DNA from: Solirubrobacterales bacterium
GTDB lineage: Bacteria; Actinomycetota; Thermoleophilia; Solirubrobacterales; Solirubrobacteraceae
Assembly (NCBI GenBank): GCA_038254195.1
Contig: JBBSGJ010000001.1
Span: forward strand, 1 to 45,556
DNA: 45,556 bases
Direction: 5' to 3'
Shown: positions 43,123 through 45,556 of the stretch, piece by piece
Layout of the letters: each line of letters starts with the position of its first letter
Position numbering within the stretch: the stretch's first letter is position 1
Program-made: the position numbers and the translations under genes
The notes under the pieces: generated by a model
Told to the model about the DNA's origin: nothing
What the model saw: the letters and a program-made list of their open reading frames with translations, nothing else
Database searches by the model: none

Positions 43123-44390
43123 GCGCGGTCGAGGCGCCACCGGTCCCGCCGCCGCCGGGCACCCCGCTGGAGCGCCTGCGCGCCCGCGGGCGGGTGCGCG
43201 GTGTCCTGCCCCTGCTCGGCCCGGCCTTCGTGGCGGCGATCGCGTACGTCGACCCCGGCAACTTCGCCACCAACATCTCCGGCGGCGCGAAGTACGGCTA
43301 CCTGCTGCTGTGGGTGATCCTCGCCGCGAACCTCATGGCGGCGCTCATCCAGAACCTGTCGGCCAAGGTGGGCCTGGCCACCGAGCGCAACCTCCCCGAG
43401 CTCGCCCGGGAGTACTTCCCGCGGCCGGTGACCTGGGGGCTGTGGGTCCAGGCCGAGCTCATCGCCATGGCCACCGATCTCGCGGAGTTCATCGGCGCGG
43501 CGATCGCCCTGAACCTGCTCTTCGACATCCCGCTCTTCCCCGCGGGCCTGCTCACCGCGGTGGTCGCCTTCGCGATCCTCGCGCTGCAGGCCAAGGGCTA
43601 CCGGCGCTTCGAGGTGACCATCGCCGGGCTGCTGGGGGTGATCCTCCTGGGCTTCCTGTACGACGCGCTCAAGGTCGGCGCCGACGCGAAGGGCGTCGCG
43701 TCGGGGTTCATCCCCGGCTTCGCGGGGACCGACTCGATCCTGCTGGCCACGGGGATCCTCGGCGCCACGGTCATGCCCCACGTCATCTACCTGCACTCGG
43801 CGCTCACCCAGCGGCGGATACCGGCCCGCGACGCCGGGGAGCGCCGCCGCCTGCTGCGCTTCGGGCGGATCGACGTACTCATCGCCATGACCGTTGCGGG
43901 GCTCATCAACATGTCGATGCTCGTCATCGCCGCGTCGCTCTTCCACGGCTCGGGCCGGACCGTGGACACGATCGAGGGCGCCCACGCCGCGTTCGGCGAC
44001 CTCGCGGGGTCGAGCACCGCGCTCGCGTTCGCGCTCGCGCTGCTCGCCTCGGGCTTCGCGTCCTCGAGTGTGGGGACCTACGCGGGGCAGGTCGTCATGC
44101 AGGGCTTTATCGGCCGGACGATCCCGCTCATCGTGCGCCGGGCCGTCACGATGGCCCCGGCCCTCGTGGTCCTGGCGATCGGACTGGACCCCACGCGCTC
44201 GCTCATCCTCTCGCAGGTCGTCCTCTCCTTCGGGATCCCCTTCGCGCTCGTTCCCCTCGTGCTGCTCACGAGCAAGCGCTCGATCATGGGCGAGCTCGTG
44301 AACCGGCCGGTCACCACGGTGGTCGCCTCGGTGGTCGCCGGGCTCATCATCGCCCTGAACCTGTTCCTGATCGCCCAGACGTTCCTGTAG
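43119..44390 (+). CDS. mntH: Nramp-family divalent metal (Mn2+) transporter
   Basis: GTGA overlap at 43119 within track ORF 42933..44390. AYVDPGNFATNISGGAKYGYLLLWVIL...GATVMPHVIYLHSAL...; about 11 TM helices. Confidence 0.9.
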   Translation: MSAVEAPPVPPPPGTPLERLRARGRVRGVLPLLGPAFVAAIAYVDPGNFATNISGGAKYGYLLLWVILAANLMAALIQNLSAKVGLATERNLPELAREYFPRPVTWGLWVQAELIAMATDLAEFIGAAIALNLLFDIPLFPAGLLTAVVAFAILALQAKGYRRFEVTIAGLLGVILLGFLYDALKVGADAKGVASGFIPGFAGTDSILLATGILGATVMPHVIYLHSALTQRRIPARDAGERRRLLRFGRIDVLIAMTVAGLINMSMLVIAASLFHGSGRTVDTIEGAHAAFGDLAGSSTALAFALALLASGFASSSVGTYAGQVVMQGFIGRTIPLIVRRAVTMAPALVVLAIGLDPTRSLILSQVVLSFGIPFALVPLVLLTSKRSIMGELVNRPVTTVVASVVAGLIIALNLFLIAQTFL

Positions 44391-44408
44391 GTAGCGTGGA
44401 GGTGAGCG

Positions 44409-44771
44409 ATGGCCCTCGCCGACGACTTCCAGACGGTGCTCGACTCGCTGCCCGACGACTGGACGGACCTCGAGCTCGACGTGCGCATCTTCGACGAGAC
44501 GCGGTACGTGGACGCGGCGGTGTACCTGGTGACGTGCAACTCCCAGCCCTACTCGCGCCACGACTGGCACTGGCGGATCCCCGTCGCCCATCGCTTCGGG
44601 CACGCGGCGTCGGCCCCGGCGACGCACGCCGCCCTGCGCCTCCTCGACGAGGCGCGGATCGACGGGGAGCTCGCGGTGCGCGAGGTGCGCTCGGGCCGGG
44701 TCGAGGTGACCCAGATGTGGGGCCGCCCCGAGTCCGCGCGCCGCGAGTTCCGGCGCCTGCGCGCGCAGTGA
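44409..44771 (+). CDS. Hypothetical protein (120 aa)
   Basis: Track ORF 44409..44771. GGAGG RBS at 44398-44402, 18 nt after the mntH stop. Good GC3 bias. I recognise no family. Confidence 0.6.
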   Translation: MALADDFQTVLDSLPDDWTDLELDVRIFDETRYVDAAVYLVTCNSQPYSRHDWHWRIPVAHRFGHAASAPATHAALRLLDEARIDGELAVREVRSGRVEVTQMWGRPESARREFRRLRAQ

Positions 44772-45118
44772 TGGCGCGCGTCGTCGCCTGGGTGCCTGAC
44801 CTGCTCTTCGGGTCCAACGTGCTCGGGATGCTCCGGGCGGCGGGGTACGAGGCGGTGCTCGCCAGCTCGACGGAGGCGCTCGAGCGGGAGGGGCCGGGAT
44901 CCGCTGCGGTGATCGTCGACCTGACCGCCGACGCGGACGAGCGGCTCGCCGCGGTGACGGGGCTCGACCTCGCCGGCGCGAAGACCCTCGCCTTCTACTC
45001 ACACGTCGAGGCCGACGTGCGCACGAAGGCGGAGGCCGCCGGGCTCGACCGCGTGGTCCCGCGCTCCCGGATGGCTCGCGAGGGCCCTCAGTTGGTGGCC
45101 GCGCTCCTCGCTGGATAG
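44771..45118 (+). CDS. Hypothetical protein (115 aa), alternating beta/alpha pattern reminiscent of a receiver/flavodoxin-like fold
   Basis: ATG 44771 overlaps the upstream TGA (TGATG), within track ORF 43085..45118: MARVVAWVPDLLFGSNVLGMLRAAGYEAVL...AAVIVDLTAD...TLAFYSHVEADV. Confidence 0.6.
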   Translation: MARVVAWVPDLLFGSNVLGMLRAAGYEAVLASSTEALEREGPGSAAVIVDLTADADERLAAVTGLDLAGAKTLAFYSHVEADVRTKAEAAGLDRVVPRSRMAREGPQLVAALLAG

Positions 45119-45129
45119 CGCGTGGGGGG

Positions 45130-45556
45130 TCAGGGAAGGGTGGCGAGGGCGGCGGCGCGGGCGGCGCGGGCGGCCGGGGTGTCGCGCTCGGACTCGATCG
45201 CGGCGCGGAACAGGCGGCGGGCGGGCTCGGGGTAGGCGGCGGGTAGCTCGCCGCCGGCGATGACGCTCGCTCGGGGCGCCGCGGGTGGCCCCTGCCCGAG
45301 GCGCGTGCGCAGGCGCCGGATCGGGCTCGCGGTCGGCGAGGGCGCCCCGCGCAGCGTGGCGCCGGCGGTGACGAGGACCCGCGCCTCCCGCCCGGCGGCG
45401 GGAAGGGTGGCCAGAGCCTCGTCGAGCTCGCGCCCCAGCGCCTCCGCCGCCACCTCGACCGACGGGGGCGCCGCCGGCTGCTCTCCATCGGACTCCCGCC
45501 ACGTCACCCGCCACTTCCCCGCGGAGAACGCGGCCTCCGGGACCAGCGTCCTCCAA
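45130..45556 (-). CDS. Hypothetical protein; the N-terminus is probably outside the window
   Basis: Track ORF 45130..45507. The same frame stays open to the window edge (…WRTLVPEAAFSAGKWRVTWRESDGEQ…), so the true start is likely off-window. Confidence 0.45.
   Translation of the reverse strand, partial: WRTLVPEAAFSAGKWRVTWRESDGEQPAAPPSVEVAAEALGRELDEALATLPAAGREARVLVTAGATLRGAPSPTASPIRRLRTRLGQGPPAAPRASVIAGGELPAAYPEPARRLFRAAIESERDTPAARAARAAALATLP

Noticed and set aside
42975-45488. 837-aa minus-strand ORF
   Set aside because: It is antisense to mntH and the two downstream genes and has an Arg/Pro-rich shadow-frame composition.
1-45556. CRISPR arrays, IS elements or transposases, integrases, prophage genes, rRNA and tRNA
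   Set aside because: I found none on either strand. The only repeats seen are the 30-nt in-frame repeat at 22920-22997 and short palindromes.

Overview
This is a 45.6 kb, very GC-rich (about 70% or more by eye) chromosomal segment of an Actinomycetota-type genome. It is densely packed with about 50 protein genes, and many adjacent genes share 1-4 nt start/stop overlaps (GTGA, ATGA, TGATG). I see no rRNA, tRNA, CRISPR array, transposase, integrase or phage genes. All product calls come from motifs I read in the translated ORFs; no database search was possible.

Gene content:
- Acyl-CoA / C2-C4 carbon metabolism resembling a scattered ethylmalonyl-CoA-type gene set: a SucC-like ligase (partial), a malyl-CoA-lyase-like aldolase, a MaoC hydratase, a fused B12 acyl-CoA mutase with MeaB, and a crotonyl-CoA carboxylase/reductase-like enzyme. 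GTP-PEPCK sits in the same region.
- A tightly coupled module of unknown function: a 128-aa protein, two paralogous double-YbjQ (DUF74) proteins, an ABC-2 exporter and a YihY membrane protein.
- Molybdenum cofactor genes (mobA, moaA, mocA, xdhC) and a form-II-like coxSLM-coxDEFG cluster, which is interrupted by an opposite-strand hicAB toxin-antitoxin pair.
- Thiol-disulfide proteins (a DipZ-like protein and a thioredoxin-like lipoprotein).
- Metal homeostasis genes: a CorA with a GQN motif variant, and mntR-mntH.
- A GAF-GGDEF-HD-GYP c-di-GMP enzyme, ClpS, a DivIVA-domain protein, a PucR-type regulator and an exonuclease-GIY-YIG fusion.

Most notable observations:
- pckG has no stop codon at the point where the family normally ends. 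TGC occupies the position where a GTGA overlap would be expected, and the frame then runs 1.6 kb across three genes that lie in other frames.
- The uncharacterised YbjQ/ABC module.
- Two ORFs have clear coding signal but no canonical start codon.
- hicAB is inserted inside the cox cluster.
- Many long ORFs in the track are GC-rich shadow frames and were rejected.
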